This document shows positions 37,365 through 47,459 of a stretch of DNA of 56,730 nucleotides, piece after piece (the stretch's first letter is position 1; each line of letters begins with the position of its first letter). Source of the DNA: a virus. Lineage: Duplodnaviria; Caudoviricetes. Where the stretch lies: positions 1-56,730 of IMG/VR virus record IMGVR_UViG_3300025121_000062, one strand, 5' to 3'. The notes beneath the pieces are model-generated. The model saw only the letters and a program-made list of their open reading frames with translations. It was not told where the DNA came from and ran no database searches. The position numbers and the translations under genes are program-made.

Positions 37365-39170
37365 CTACGATGTCGTCGTCGAAACCGACAACGTGTTGAT
37401 TGTGGACATCAGCGCGGTGAGGATTGCGTAGAACTTCTCGCTCGCGTAGTGCGTACCTTCGGTCTTGAACTTGAGCGCCTCGACCGTGGCTTCCAGTTTG
37501 GCGCGCGCGCGGGCGATGTTGACGTCCATGGCCTTGATGTTCCAGTCGTTCGCCACCTTGAGAGCGTCCGAGTCCAGCCCTGCCTTCGCGATGGCGGCTT
37601 CGTTCACCATGCGGCTGACCGACGTGAGCGAGTTGTAGTAGTCGACCTGTAGGCGGCCGGACTGCACCTGACGCTCCACGTCGGCCTTGTACTGATCCAA
37701 CTGTCCTTGGTAGGTCAGCAACTGGATGCGCGCCTGCTCGGTTTCCTGCTGGAGTTTGCCGAGTTGAATCTTGGATCGGATCTCCGCAGCGCCGACTTGC
37801 CCGACGAACGCGCGAACTTCAGCCTCGAACGCCTGCACCTTGGAGGTCTCGCCCTCGATCTGCGCGCGGTACATGCCGAACTCGGCGACTTTGGCCTGCA
37901 CCTGCGCAGTGTAGGTCTCCACCTGCGAGCGGTAGGCTTCGAGCTTGATCCGTTCGATCTCAGCCTGTACCTTGGCAGCATCCATCTGCACGCGGAAGAT
38001 GTCGACCGAGGTCTCGACCCCCTTCAACTGCGCCAAATAGACCTCGACCTGCGTGCGCTGCATCTGCGAGCTGACGTTCACCGCCTCAACCTGTGTACGA
38101 TAGATTTCGGCCTTGGCCAGCTCCCCCCGGATGCGATCCGAGAACACTTCGGCTTCGACCCGGTAGGCCGCGACGCGCGCTGTGTAGCGCTCGACCAGCG
38201 CTTTGAAGATGACAACCGACATCTCAACGGTGAGGCGTGCGACGTTCAGCGAGCGTTCCTGCACCGCGTTGTGGAAGTTGAGCAGTACGCCTTCCAGTTC
38301 CTTGACCTCACGGATCGTGAACTGGCGGTTCTCGACGTAGAGCTTCGAGCGTTCCAGCGTGATGTCGCGTGACGCGGCGGAGACCTTATCCTGCATCTCT
38401 TGGTATGCGCGGTCAACGTGGACGCTCAGTTCGCCGGGCGGCAGGGGAAACCCGCGCGCCGCCATGGCGCGGCCGGCGTCGCTGATCCGTGACATCATGA
38501 CCTCGACCTCGCGGTCGCGCGCGCGGTTGAACAGCGCGATCTCGTCGGCCGTCTCGATACCATACCCACCATCGGTGAGGTCGGCCAGCAGTTTGGCTTT
38601 CAGCGGGTCGAGCAGCGTCGATTCGTAGGCAGCCTCGGCGAACTGGAACTGTGCGGTGGGCGCTACCAGGTCGTCATCCGGCGCAAAGGCAGCGAACGCC
38701 GGCAGGTCGATCGACGGCGCGGTGGGCAGCGACAACGACTCCAGCGTCGGCACTGCGGGTAGGGTGATGAGCGGCGCAGTCGGTATCGTGGGTGAGAGGA
38801 ACGCGGCTGCGGCGCCGGGGGCGTCAGGCAGCGCGCTGCTGGGGACCGTGGGGAACGCAAGCGTCGGTGCGACAGCGGCGAGGTCGGGAACCACGACATC
38901 CGTGATGGTGGAGAACTCGGCGGCCGGCGGCGTCGGCGGCGCGGCTGAGACGATCGTGATGCTGGGCGTGAACGCAGGGCGGTCTGCGGTTACTGCGCGT
39001 TCAGCCGCGCCCTCGAATCCAAGCTGCCATGGGAGAAGGCGATCGATATTGAAGTCGTCGGAGAACTCGACGTTCGTGACCGCCAACAGATCGTCGAGAT
39101 ACTGCTGCGCCTGATCCTGAATGGTCTGGACAGTAGCCTGTTGTGCGGCAAGATCAGCAGCGAACGTCAT
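37365..39170 (-). CDS. virion structural / internal protein with long coiled coil
   Basis: AAGGAG RBS; Pro-rich N-terminal part, ARGFPLPPG motif, helical repeats. Confidence 0.75.
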   Translation of the reverse strand: MTFAADLAAQQATVQTIQDQAQQYLDDLLAVTNVEFSDDFNIDRLLPWQLGFEGAAERAVTADRPAFTPSITIVSAAPPTPPAAEFSTITDVVVPDLAAVAPTLAFPTVPSSALPDAPGAAAAFLSPTIPTAPLITLPAVPTLESLSLPTAPSIDLPAFAAFAPDDDLVAPTAQFQFAEAAYESTLLDPLKAKLLADLTDGGYGIETADEIALFNRARDREVEVMMSRISDAGRAMAARGFPLPPGELSVHVDRAYQEMQDKVSAASRDITLERSKLYVENRQFTIREVKELEGVLLNFHNAVQERSLNVARLTVEMSVVIFKALVERYTARVAAYRVEAEVFSDRIRGELAKAEIYRTQVEAVNVSSQMQRTQVEVYLAQLKGVETSVDIFRVQMDAAKVQAEIERIKLEAYRSQVETYTAQVQAKVAEFGMYRAQIEGETSKVQAFEAEVRAFVGQVGAAEIRSKIQLGKLQQETEQARIQLLTYQGQLDQYKADVERQVQSGRLQVDYYNSLTSVSRMVNEAAIAKAGLDSDALKVANDWNIKAMDVNIARARAKLEATVEALKFKTEGTHYASEKFYAILTALMSTINTLSVSTTTS

Positions 39171-39200
39171 ATGGGCTCCTTTGGCCTATGCTCTATTGTA

Positions 39201-40994
39201 TCATGCAGAGAGAAGCAGGACAAACAGCGGGTAATCGCCGGGGGTCTCCTTGATCGCTACGGCTTGGCCTTTATATGTAGCATCAGTGAGCGGGTCGTCT
39301 TCAGTTACATCTGGCCACCCACTTGTTATACGACTGCGAAAGATAACAGCGCCGTCTGTCGTGTATGGAAGCGTGATAGGAGATATGTCTTCTCCTGATC
39401 CTGACCACGCACCGGTGTTGTAGTCATATGTATATGTCGCTTTCATGTCGACGCGCATTGTTAGTTTTGACACATCTCCAACATCGGCACCCTGCGGGAA
39501 CATCCCCAGGTCGCCGAAATCAGAATGTATTACGGACAGCGGGAATACGTCGACCCTTTCCCCATTCTGGTACGCAGAATCTAGCCATGTGGGGTCGCCA
39601 CTGTCGAGCGCGTATCCCCTCTGGGTCGCCATGCGATAGTCAATGTATAACTGAGGGTATGAGTAGGTACTCGAATCGGATGATTGTGGGTAAGGAGGGT
39701 CGTACAATCCGCCTACACTGTCGAACGTATCTCTGATATCTGCAGCGCCCGTCACTTGAACCCCATTGCGCACTTGGGCAAGCCCTGTTGCGTCGTCTAA
39801 TTGATACCGAAAATCTGTGGTATCCCCGGTGCTCCCCGATGCGTCGACAGGGAGCCAGTTAGTGAAGGTAATTGTAGTGTACATGGCCATGTCGGGGTCG
39901 CCTAAGCTATCCATGCAGTAAGTATTCACGGTACGCTGTGTACCAGTGATTACCTGCTGTAGCGTGATCGGGTTGCCGTTACTATCAGTGCTGTTGTAAC
40001 TGAGTGTCACGATCTTTGTATCCGTGGTATCGTCACCACCCCCTAATGAGGTATCTTCTACGAGCGCCGTCATCAAAGCCTTCTGATATGTGCCGCCGGA
40101 AATTGGGTGGGCTACCCTCAGTTCTGATAAAAGCTGGTCCTGGAGTACCCCAGATTTCAGGTTGGCTTTCATGTTATCAGAACAGAGTTTCGTGTTCGTG
40201 CGCTCTCGCACTATGGCTATGGCATGAGCCGCAGCCCAATCTGCTGCGAGCGCTGTATCGGGAATGTCCGGAAATCCGATACTAGCCGGCGTGAACGTAT
40301 AGCTCGGGCTTGTTCCATTTATGATAGTCGGCTGCGTGGCAGACATCGGGTAGGGGGTCTGCGGACCCCACGAGGCTGATAAGTCTAGGTAATTGGTATA
40401 CAGCCCGCCGCTCAACGTGCCTGCTTGCTCTGCTGACAGGCTCCCATCTGAGTACGCAACCTGCCATACCTGTGATGTCGGTGCCCCGGCGGGTACCGCC
40501 GATATAACATATATGCTGTACTGGCTTGTGCTCGGTAGCGCATCCAATGAAAGACATGCGTCATCGGGCGGCGTGAACGTTGCGCGGGTTCCTTTGGTTT
40601 GTATCAACCCCCCTGATATCGTGTCAAATAGCTGTATCCACCCGTCGCCACTCCATGACAGCACAGATGGGTAGTTTGTTCTAGTCCCTGCCCCATCATC
40701 GGTAAATGGAATACTAGCTAGTTGCGTCCCATCAGAGAGCATGACCAGCGTGTTCTGTGCTGTCTGGTCGATGACAAAGCTAACGCTTCGGCAGGAACAT
40801 GGAGATGCGGGGTACCCGTACATGTAATACGATAATGCGCCCCGCCTAACGAGAACGGCAGTGTTGGTGATTCGCACCATAACAGCAGGATCAGGGTACC
40901 GAGTGCCGCGCACCCCACGCCTATGCAGTATCCTGCCCCAGATGAGCCACTTGGCGTCGTCAACCTCTGAGGACAGGAAGTGGAGAGAGGGCAC
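39201..40994 (-). CDS. putative tail protein (variable, lower GC)
   Basis: GTG start overlapping the upstream TAG; acidic, Thr/Asp/Tyr-rich; structural-module context. Confidence 0.6.
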   Translation of the reverse strand: MPSLHFLSSEVDDAKWLIWGRILHRRGVRGTRYPDPAVMVRITNTAVLVRRGALSYYMYGYPASPCSCRSVSFVIDQTAQNTLVMLSDGTQLASIPFTDDGAGTRTNYPSVLSWSGDGWIQLFDTISGGLIQTKGTRATFTPPDDACLSLDALPSTSQYSIYVISAVPAGAPTSQVWQVAYSDGSLSAEQAGTLSGGLYTNYLDLSASWGPQTPYPMSATQPTIINGTSPSYTFTPASIGFPDIPDTALAADWAAAHAIAIVRERTNTKLCSDNMKANLKSGVLQDQLLSELRVAHPISGGTYQKALMTALVEDTSLGGGDDTTDTKIVTLSYNSTDSNGNPITLQQVITGTQRTVNTYCMDSLGDPDMAMYTTITFTNWLPVDASGSTGDTTDFRYQLDDATGLAQVRNGVQVTGAADIRDTFDSVGGLYDPPYPQSSDSSTYSYPQLYIDYRMATQRGYALDSGDPTWLDSAYQNGERVDVFPLSVIHSDFGDLGMFPQGADVGDVSKLTMRVDMKATYTYDYNTGAWSGSGEDISPITLPYTTDGAVIFRSRITSGWPDVTEDDPLTDATYKGQAVAIKETPGDYPLFVLLLSA

Positions 40995-42190
40995 TACATC
41001 ACCCGCCGCCGAAGTTTGGTTGGGTACGCGAGCACGTCCGATATCGAGAAGTCTGCACCGGCTACGTTCTCCAACTCGAACTGAAAGTATCTGCTCTTCA
41101 CGCCCTTGCCAATAGGCACCCTGCGCTGCTGGATACCACGGACAAAGTTGTCCGGCAGCGAGTATGTACGCGACCCGCCCTCGGTCGTGATGATGCGGAA
41201 CAGCATGTCGCCTGCAGTGTCGCACCCGACATACAGGCGGGGTACGCGCTTGTGGACTGACGAGCCGAAGGCGTCCTGCCCAGTCTTGACCCGGCCGGTG
41301 ATCGCGGTTCCAGCATCCGTTCCCTGGGTGCCGAGCGAGAACATGCCTGCTGGTCCAGCTGCGAGCACGACCCCGTTGAACATGGTGTAACTGTTGAAGG
41401 CGAACCCATCATACTCACTGAGCGCCCCCTTGCGGGTGTTCAGTACCCACGTCCGGTAGGTCGCCGCCAACGTCGTGCCCAAGGTCGCGTCGAGGTAGGG
41501 CGCGGGGGCGGTGTTTGCGAACGTGAGGGTATAGGCCGGGTACCCCGCCGCAGCCATGATCGGCGTTGCGGCGGTGAGCAGCGCTGTCGCAACCTCGCCG
41601 GTCAGCACCTGCGCGTTCAGCCGCGGCGCGCGAGCAGCGAGTATGGCGGCGAGGATGTTTCCCGATGCCAGCGCGGCCGCGAGTTGGGGTGCCGGCGCGC
41701 TGTTAGCGGCGGTGATGATCGTGGGGCTGAACAGCGTGGCATCGAGGATCGGCGCTGGCGCGGTCGCCGAGATGGTGATGATCGTGCCGGACAGGGCGCT
41801 GGCTGACAACTGCGGCGCCGGTGCAGCAAGCACGGCATCGACGGTGCCGATGAACAACGTAGGTGCCGGTGCCGAGTTGGCGAAAGTGGCCACCTCACCG
41901 GTGAGACCCTCTGATTCGAGCGTTGGCGGCGGCGGGAATAGATCGGCGAGCATCGCAAACGACGGCGCCCCCATCGTACTGCTGAGGGTAGGGGCTGGGA
42001 TGCTCAGTTCTGCGCTGCTCTGCCCGTCAGGTGCGGAGAGCGTCGGCACCGGCGCGGTGAGCGCCATGCCATTGTCGCCCGCCGCCAGGGTGGGGGCAGG
42101 GGCAGCGAGCGTCAGTGCCCCGTTCTCCCCGGCGGCGAGAGTTGGGGCGGGGAAGACTAGGCCGTCGCCCCAGAGGGTCTCAGCGCCCAT
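40994..42190 (-). CDS. virion structural protein with APAPxL repeats
   Basis: GGAG RBS; C-terminal WV.N....S.Y..FNS...GKG..SRY domain. Confidence 0.7.
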   Translation of the reverse strand: MGAETLWGDGLVFPAPTLAAGENGALTLAAPAPTLAAGDNGMALTAPVPTLSAPDGQSSAELSIPAPTLSSTMGAPSFAMLADLFPPPPTLESEGLTGEVATFANSAPAPTLFIGTVDAVLAAPAPQLSASALSGTIITISATAPAPILDATLFSPTIITAANSAPAPQLAAALASGNILAAILAARAPRLNAQVLTGEVATALLTAATPIMAAAGYPAYTLTFANTAPAPYLDATLGTTLAATYRTWVLNTRKGALSEYDGFAFNSYTMFNGVVLAAGPAGMFSLGTQGTDAGTAITGRVKTGQDAFGSSVHKRVPRLYVGCDTAGDMLFRIITTEGGSRTYSLPDNFVRGIQQRRVPIGKGVKSRYFQFELENVAGADFSISDVLAYPTKLRRRVM

Positions 42191-42203
42191 CAATCACTCC
42201 GGC

Positions 42204-43016
42204 TTACGCCGCAGGAATGGTGAAGCTGAAGGTGCTCAGGGTCTGCAACGCAGCGGAGGTGATCGAGGTGCTCGACATGTTGATGTTGGCGCCACTGGTC
42301 GCGATGTTTCCGTCCATTCTGAGATACACCGCGCTGGAGTCCAGTGCGCCGGCGTCAGCCACGCTACCCTTCATCCTGAACCAACCGGCCGTGCCGGTGT
42401 TCCCCGCGGTGCCCGACCAGGTTTGCGTCACGTCCTTGGTGATGACGCCGGCCGCCGCGTTGTAGTCCATCTTCAGGCCATTCACCGCAGTCACGCCAGC
42501 CGCGCTGCCGCCCGTACCCGAGCCGAACGTGGTGCTGGTGACCGTGGCGATCATGTTGCCGGCCACGCCGACAGCGATGGCGTCGGAGTTCATGGTGTCG
42601 CCGATGCCGGGGAGCGCAGTCAGTGTGATCACCGCGCCGGATGAGGTCGCGCGCACCAGCTTGTTGGCCGGGTTGCGGTTGATCTTGAGCGCGACATCGG
42701 CGGCGGTCTGGGTCAGCGAGGTATTCCATGCAGTCGTGCTGCCGGCGATCTCATTCCCATTCAGGGTGAAGGTAGTGACATCATCGCCCGTGGTGGCGCC
42801 GACGGACAGCGTGACGACGCCGGTGGCGCGCGTCTCGGCAGTGCGGGTGCCAGCGCTGGAGGTCAGCGTGCAGAGTAGAGTGCCCGTCACTGCGAGGTCC
42901 GGCGTTGCCGGCTGCGTGCCGGTGTATATCTCGATAGCACCGTTATCGAAAACATCCTTCCACGAACCTTCGGCGGCGATGAAGTTCTGTACTGCGGGAG
43001 AGAAGCGGAGGGCCAT
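42204..43016 (-). CDS. virion structural protein
   Basis: AGGAG RBS; IEIYTG.QP..D...G.LL and GTAGWFR...R.DG motifs of phage structural proteins. Confidence 0.75.
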   Translation of the reverse strand: MALRFSPAVQNFIAAEGSWKDVFDNGAIEIYTGTQPATPDLAVTGTLLCTLTSSAGTRTAETRATGVVTLSVGATTGDDVTTFTLNGNEIAGSTTAWNTSLTQTAADVALKINRNPANKLVRATSSGAVITLTALPGIGDTMNSDAIAVGVAGNMIATVTSTTFGSGTGGSAAGVTAVNGLKMDYNAAAGVITKDVTQTWSGTAGNTGTAGWFRMKGSVADAGALDSSAVYLRMDGNIATSGANINMSSTSITSAALQTLSTFSFTIPAA

Positions 43017-43062
43017 GATTTTTACTCCTGTTAAATGTGTTTGGGGGTACTAACTTATTGTA

Positions 43063-44310
43063 TCATGATGCAATGTTGCCCGCAGTCTCAGCCCCCTGCA
43101 TCGTGACGAGGAACTGAGTGGTGCCGCGATGACGCCGGGTGATACCTGCGCCCTGGGCCTGCACTGGGTAGGCAAACCGCGCTTCCGTCGCATTGATCAG
43201 CCGACCGCCGGGCATTCCGACACACAGGCCATGCTTCGACGCGAACAACGCAGCCATCTCGCCGCTGGACTGCCCGTCACCGAGCACGCCCGCATCAGCG
43301 AACCAGAGCGTTCCGGGGATCACCCCGTAGTCGGCTGCAGGCTTGAAATCCCACATCTCGGGGGTGTCGCCTGCGATCCAGCCGATCTGGTCGTCCAGCC
43401 CGACCCACACGCCGCCCTTCACCGGCGCGACCATGGTGATGCGGCCGGTGAAGGGTACGGCCTGGCGATAGTCGAACAGTTCGGGCGCGTAGGGCTCACT
43501 GGGGTACAGGCGTGCGCCGTTGGCCACCAGCAGGTAGCCGTTCTGGTAGGCGATGTGGTCGCCGGCGGGTGGCGGCTGGAGGAACTGGGTGAGCATCGGC
43601 GACGCGCCCATTCGCGGTTCGCGAATAGCGAATGTCGTGTCGGCGTTCGGGATCACGCCTGCCTGGTACAGCGTCTCGCCGCCGACCGAGGTGACGTAGA
43701 TAGCCTTGTGAGTTACGGTTGCGTCAGTCGATACGGAAACCGCTGACAGATCAATGCCGCCGGCGGCGCTGAGGGTGAGGGTGCCCGCGAGGCTGGCGCC
43801 ACTCTCCTGCCCGTCCGAACGCAGGTATGTGACAGCATATTGGTAGATGCCTGCCATCAACTCGCCAGAGCCAGCAGTGGCTACAGGCTGGTCAGGTACC
43901 TCAATACCCCATGAACGGTTCGCGCTGTTCTGGACGACGCCCTTCTGCGCTCCGTTCGACCAGAACACACGCTCGCCGACGGCGGTATAACTGACCGGGC
44001 GTTCCGCCGTGAGCCCGGTGAGCAGCGTCTTGGTTGTATAGTCAGGGTTGACCAATTTGAGCGAGTTCGAACCAACACCGAGGCAAACTGCGCCTGATGC
44101 CCATAGGCAGCGATCGATGGCGGTGGTGAGCGCTGGGGAAAATCCTTTGCGTCGGCTGACTGACAGATCATCTAACACGTCGACGTTCAGGGCGGCAACG
44201 AGATCCTCACGGCTGAAAGACGCCGCATCAACGTTGTTGCGTAGACCGAGGAACGAACTGAACTCGACCAGCCCCTCCCGCTCGTCGGTCTTATCGGCGT
44301 ACTCCGCCAT
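43063..44310 (-). CDS. tail nozzle / tail tubular protein B-like
   Basis: F.GL.N...NVD...RRKG N-terminus, beta-propeller-like; follows the adaptor gene. Confidence 0.6.
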   Translation of the reverse strand: MAEYADKTDEREGLVEFSSFLGLRNNVDAASFSREDLVAALNVDVLDDLSVSRRKGFSPALTTAIDRCLWASGAVCLGVGSNSLKLVNPDYTTKTLLTGLTAERPVSYTAVGERVFWSNGAQKGVVQNSANRSWGIEVPDQPVATAGSGELMAGIYQYAVTYLRSDGQESGASLAGTLTLSAAGGIDLSAVSVSTDATVTHKAIYVTSVGGETLYQAGVIPNADTTFAIREPRMGASPMLTQFLQPPPAGDHIAYQNGYLLVANGARLYPSEPYAPELFDYRQAVPFTGRITMVAPVKGGVWVGLDDQIGWIAGDTPEMWDFKPAADYGVIPGTLWFADAGVLGDGQSSGEMAALFASKHGLCVGMPGGRLINATEARFAYPVQAQGAGITRRHRGTTQFLVTMQGAETAGNIAS

Positions 44311-45080
44311 TACCGCAGTACCGCGGTGGTGCTGGCGAAGTTCCAGCGGTAGGTACTGGCTTCAGCCCGCTGGCGTTCCTGCCTGGCTTCCCTCACAACC
44401 TGGTCGAACTCGGCCAACAGCCGCCGGCCCTCTACTTTCTGGTCGGCATCAACATTGGGCAGTACGAGCGCGCGACCAGCGGCGTAGTGGCAGAGAGCCA
44501 TGTGGAATTCGGTGGGAACTTCCGGCTCGGCGCTCACGTCGTCGAGGGTGAGTTCGTTGATCGGCAGCCGCGCGATCTTCATGACCACCTTGAGACCATT
44601 CTGATCGACGGTCGGCGGCGGGAATACGCGGAGGGTGCGTGATGCAGCGTCAGAGGCAAACGCGAGCGGGGCGCCGGAGAGTGTGGCAGATCCGCCGGCC
44701 AGACTCGCGGCTGACCCAAGTTCGACAGCGTTGAAGGTATCCGCTGGGTACGGGGTTACAACGCTCGTGTCACGGAGGTTGATGTCCTCCGAGCGGCCGA
44801 GCGGCGCAGACTGCGTGGTTGGCGTTCCATCAAAGACGCGGAGCACCGACTTGTGCAGCGGGTAGACAGAGACGCCGGTGCGCAGCGTGATGCTGCCGGC
44901 TGGCACCGTGCCGTATTCGATGATGGCCCACGACCTGCGGCAGAGGATCCTGGCGGCCTCGTTGAACTGTCGGACGAGGTAGTCATCCGACCACAAATCG
45001 TCGTTCTCACCGTCGACCAAATCGGTACGGTCGTCGAGGAATTCGCTGGCCGTATAAACCAGCATTTCATCGAGCGTCAT
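44310..45080 (-). CDS. head-tail adaptor (tail tubular protein A-like)
   Basis: L.D...WSD..L...NEA...RR, PE.P..FH.AL..YAA.RA. Confidence 0.7.
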   Translation of the reverse strand: MTLDEMLVYTASEFLDDRTDLVDGENDDLWSDDYLVRQFNEAARILCRRSWAIIEYGTVPAGSITLRTGVSVYPLHKSVLRVFDGTPTTQSAPLGRSEDINLRDTSVVTPYPADTFNAVELGSAASLAGGSATLSGAPLAFASDAASRTLRVFPPPTVDQNGLKVVMKIARLPINELTLDDVSAEPEVPTEFHMALCHYAAGRALVLPNVDADQKVEGRRLLAEFDQVVREARQERQRAEASTYRWNFASTTAVLR

Positions 45081-45103
45081 GCCGTTCCCCTAGCCCCGAC
45101 GGC

Positions 45104-45646
45104 TTACGCCGCCAGAGCGGTCTCGCGTTGTGCCTTGTCCTTCTGCTGGACTTGGAACGCCCTGTACTCGTCGGGCGTGGCCTTACCCTTGAAGGAATAT
45201 GGGAACCGGTGGGCAGGGCGAATCTCGACGCCAGAAAGGTTCCCGCGAGCGTCGAATGCGGGGGTCGTGGTGTCTTCGATGCAGAGGTCGAGGCAGTCAG
45301 CCACGAAGGCGTGCGGCAGGATCACATCGACGCCGCGCGGCACCTTGATGACCAGGCCGTTGAGCGAGAGCGGGACGTAGTTCAGATCCTGCTTGGCGCC
45401 GCCGCGGAAGATGTTTATCCGGTCGTAGTCGGCCGGCAGGGCGCTGGTGTCAGCAGGGAGATCGACCTCGGGGTTCAGGATGCCAGCCTGACGCTTATCG
45501 CGCGCGTCAGCGAGCAGCTTGGCGTAAACGGCGTCCTCGTCGAATTCCTGCGCGGCTTGCAGTTCAGCTTTGGCGCGGAGGCGGGCGACGCGCTCGGCGT
45601 CGGTCTCTTCAACTGCGGCGGTGGCAAATGCGTCGTTCTGGTTCAT
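45104..45646 (-). CDS. conserved head-region hypothetical protein
   Basis: AGGAG RBS; V.LS.NG...VPRG..V.LP...RFPYS. Confidence 0.7.
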   Translation of the reverse strand: MNQNDAFATAAVEETDAERVARLRAKAELQAAQEFDEDAVYAKLLADARDKRQAGILNPEVDLPADTSALPADYDRINIFRGGAKQDLNYVPLSLNGLVIKVPRGVDVILPHAFVADCLDLCIEDTTTPAFDARGNLSGVEIRPAHRFPYSFKGKATPDEYRAFQVQQKDKAQRETALAA

Positions 45647-45684
45647 GGTTCAATCTCCTGTTTTTAGGTGTGTGGAGTCGGGCG

Positions 45685-45954
45685 TTACTTCATTTTCGCA
45701 GCCTCCGCAAACGCCTCGTCGAAGGTCGTCTGTGGGAGATTCTTGAGGGCGGGTTTGACTAGGGCGAGAACCTCCTCGACGGTCTTGGCCGCGTATGCCT
45801 TCATGAAGTCACCCATGTACGGAGAACAGCACCCCATACTGGATGACTTCTTGTCCTTCTTGGCCGCCGCATCGGCCTTGTTGTATGCCTCGATGTCCGG
45901 GATTTCGACTTGGTAGCCGTTCTCCAGGACTTCGATCTCAATGCGGAACTTCAT
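45685..45954 (-). CDS. small head-region hypothetical protein
   Basis: MKFRIEIEVLENGY.V...FDEAFAEAAK. Confidence 0.7.
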   Translation of the reverse strand: MKFRIEIEVLENGYQVEIPDIEAYNKADAAAKKDKKSSSMGCCSPYMGDFMKAYAAKTVEEVLALVKPALKNLPQTTFDEAFAEAAKMK

Positions 45955-45962
45955 GGACACAA

Positions 45963-46391
45963 TCAGCCCTCGGCGACCCATGCGAGCGTGTCGTTGTCGC
46001 CGGTGATGCCGGAGAACGTGAAAGTCACGACGCCGCTCGGGCTGGTATCTGCCGATCCGCCGGCCTGGCTTACCGACCCGCCGGCGCGGGTGGCCGGAGT
46101 GATGGTAAGCGCGTCGCCAGTCTCCAGCGTCGCGGTGCCGTCAGCGATCGTCTTGATGTAGTCGCCCTGGTTCATGCCGTCGTACCACTCGCACGCGATA
46201 CGGTCGGTCACGTTGACGAGCTTGAAGTACGTCGGGAGGAACCCTAGCGTGATGGTCAGGACGCCGGCGGCGACCGTCGCGTTGGTCGTGGTGGAAACGT
46301 CGGAGGCAGCCGTGTAGGTACCGCTGACGGAGCCTTGCGCGCGCTGGACAGGGCCACAGTTGCGCTTGTAGGTGCTGGTGGGTGCAGTCAT
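45963..46391 (-). CDS. putative capsid decoration / accessory protein
   Basis: AAGGAG RBS; immediately after the capsid gene; GF.P.Y..L.N.T....EW..GM. Confidence 0.65.
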   Translation of the reverse strand: MTAPTSTYKRNCGPVQRAQGSVSGTYTAASDVSTTTNATVAAGVLTITLGFLPTYFKLVNVTDRIACEWYDGMNQGDYIKTIADGTATLETGDALTITPATRAGGSVSQAGGSADTSPSGVVTFTFSGITGDNDTLAWVAEG

Positions 46392-46418
46392 GGTGAATCT
46401 CCTTGAAGTGGGGTTAGA

Positions 46419-46440
46419 GCAGAGGGCCGAAGCCCCCTAC
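46419..46440 (-). terminator. UUCG-tetraloop hairpin after the capsid gene (weak terminator or stabiliser)
   Basis: Minus strand GTAGGGGGC-TTCG-GCCCTCTGC; poor U-tract. Confidence 0.5.
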
Positions 46441-46448
46441 CGTGTCGA

Positions 46449-47450
46449 TTACAGCGTGACTGCGACCATCAGCCTGTATAACCAAAGGTCATTCAATATG
46501 AGACTGGTCTGCGCTGCCTTCCAGCCGAGCGTGCCGCGCTGGTTCAGCGGGTCGCCGGTACCGGACGAGCCGGGGTTGTGGGCGATCAGCGACATGGCGT
46601 TCGAGCCCTTCAGCGGCACGATGCCATAGGCGTCCTTGCTGATGTAGATGACCGGATACACGTCGGCGTAGCCGCCGGTGTTCCGCATCGTGGTCGAGGC
46701 GCCGCCATACACGCCGGTCGCGCCCAGGTACGGCGTGAAGAGAACGCTACGGCAGTAGCGCACGTCTTCGACAGCACCGACTTCGCCGGGGAACAGCGTG
46801 GTCTGGCCCGCATACTGCTTGGCCTCGATGAAGCCCTGCATGTTGCGGATGTCGTTGCTCACGTCGGGGTGATGGATGCCGATGAACCCGCCGGACACTG
46901 GCTCGGTACGGAAGTCCGGGCTGGACGACACGAACTCGGTGATGTAGTGCGCGCGCTGGCGGAGCATGGCAGCCGTCGCGGTGCGCTGCAGGGCCAGGCT
47001 GATCGGGGTGTTGACCGTGGTGATGCCGCCGTTGGCGTAGCCGACCTGCGAGCCAGCCTTGATCTTGTTCCAGCGCAGCGTTTCGATCGTCTCGGCGGCC
47101 TGCTGAACGCACAGGGAGCCGTACTCCTTGAGGATCGGGTCTTCGTGGGTATCCAGCATGAAACCGGAGTACGGGATGAAGTCGCCGAACTCTTCCAGCG
47201 TCGCGGTGTAGTCGGTGATGGTCGGCTTGGTGCCGGCCGGCGTCACACCTTCAACGAGCGCCGTGGTGGCCAGCGGCAGGGCTTCGTAGCGGCGGAACTT
47301 GGCGACGATGCTCGACTTGGTAGGCAACGGGAAGGTCTGGCCGAACTTCTCCAGAATCATTTCGGCGTCGTGGCGCTTCAGGAGTGGGGCGATCGCGAAG
47401 GCCGCAGTTCGAGGAGACAAATCTCCATAAGTTTGCAGGGGGGTGGTCAT
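46449..47450 (-). CDS. major capsid protein, N4-gp56 family
   Basis: YGDLSPRT, LEKFGQ..PLP, KFRRY, L.EGVTP, GEVG.VE.VR, DPLNQRGT.GWK. Confidence 0.92.
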   Translation of the reverse strand: MTTPLQTYGDLSPRTAAFAIAPLLKRHDAEMILEKFGQTFPLPTKSSIVAKFRRYEALPLATTALVEGVTPAGTKPTITDYTATLEEFGDFIPYSGFMLDTHEDPILKEYGSLCVQQAAETIETLRWNKIKAGSQVGYANGGITTVNTPISLALQRTATAAMLRQRAHYITEFVSSSPDFRTEPVSGGFIGIHHPDVSNDIRNMQGFIEAKQYAGQTTLFPGEVGAVEDVRYCRSVLFTPYLGATGVYGGASTTMRNTGGYADVYPVIYISKDAYGIVPLKGSNAMSLIAHNPGSSGTGDPLNQRGTLGWKAAQTSLILNDLWLYRLMVAVTL

Positions 47451-47459
47451 AATATTTCC

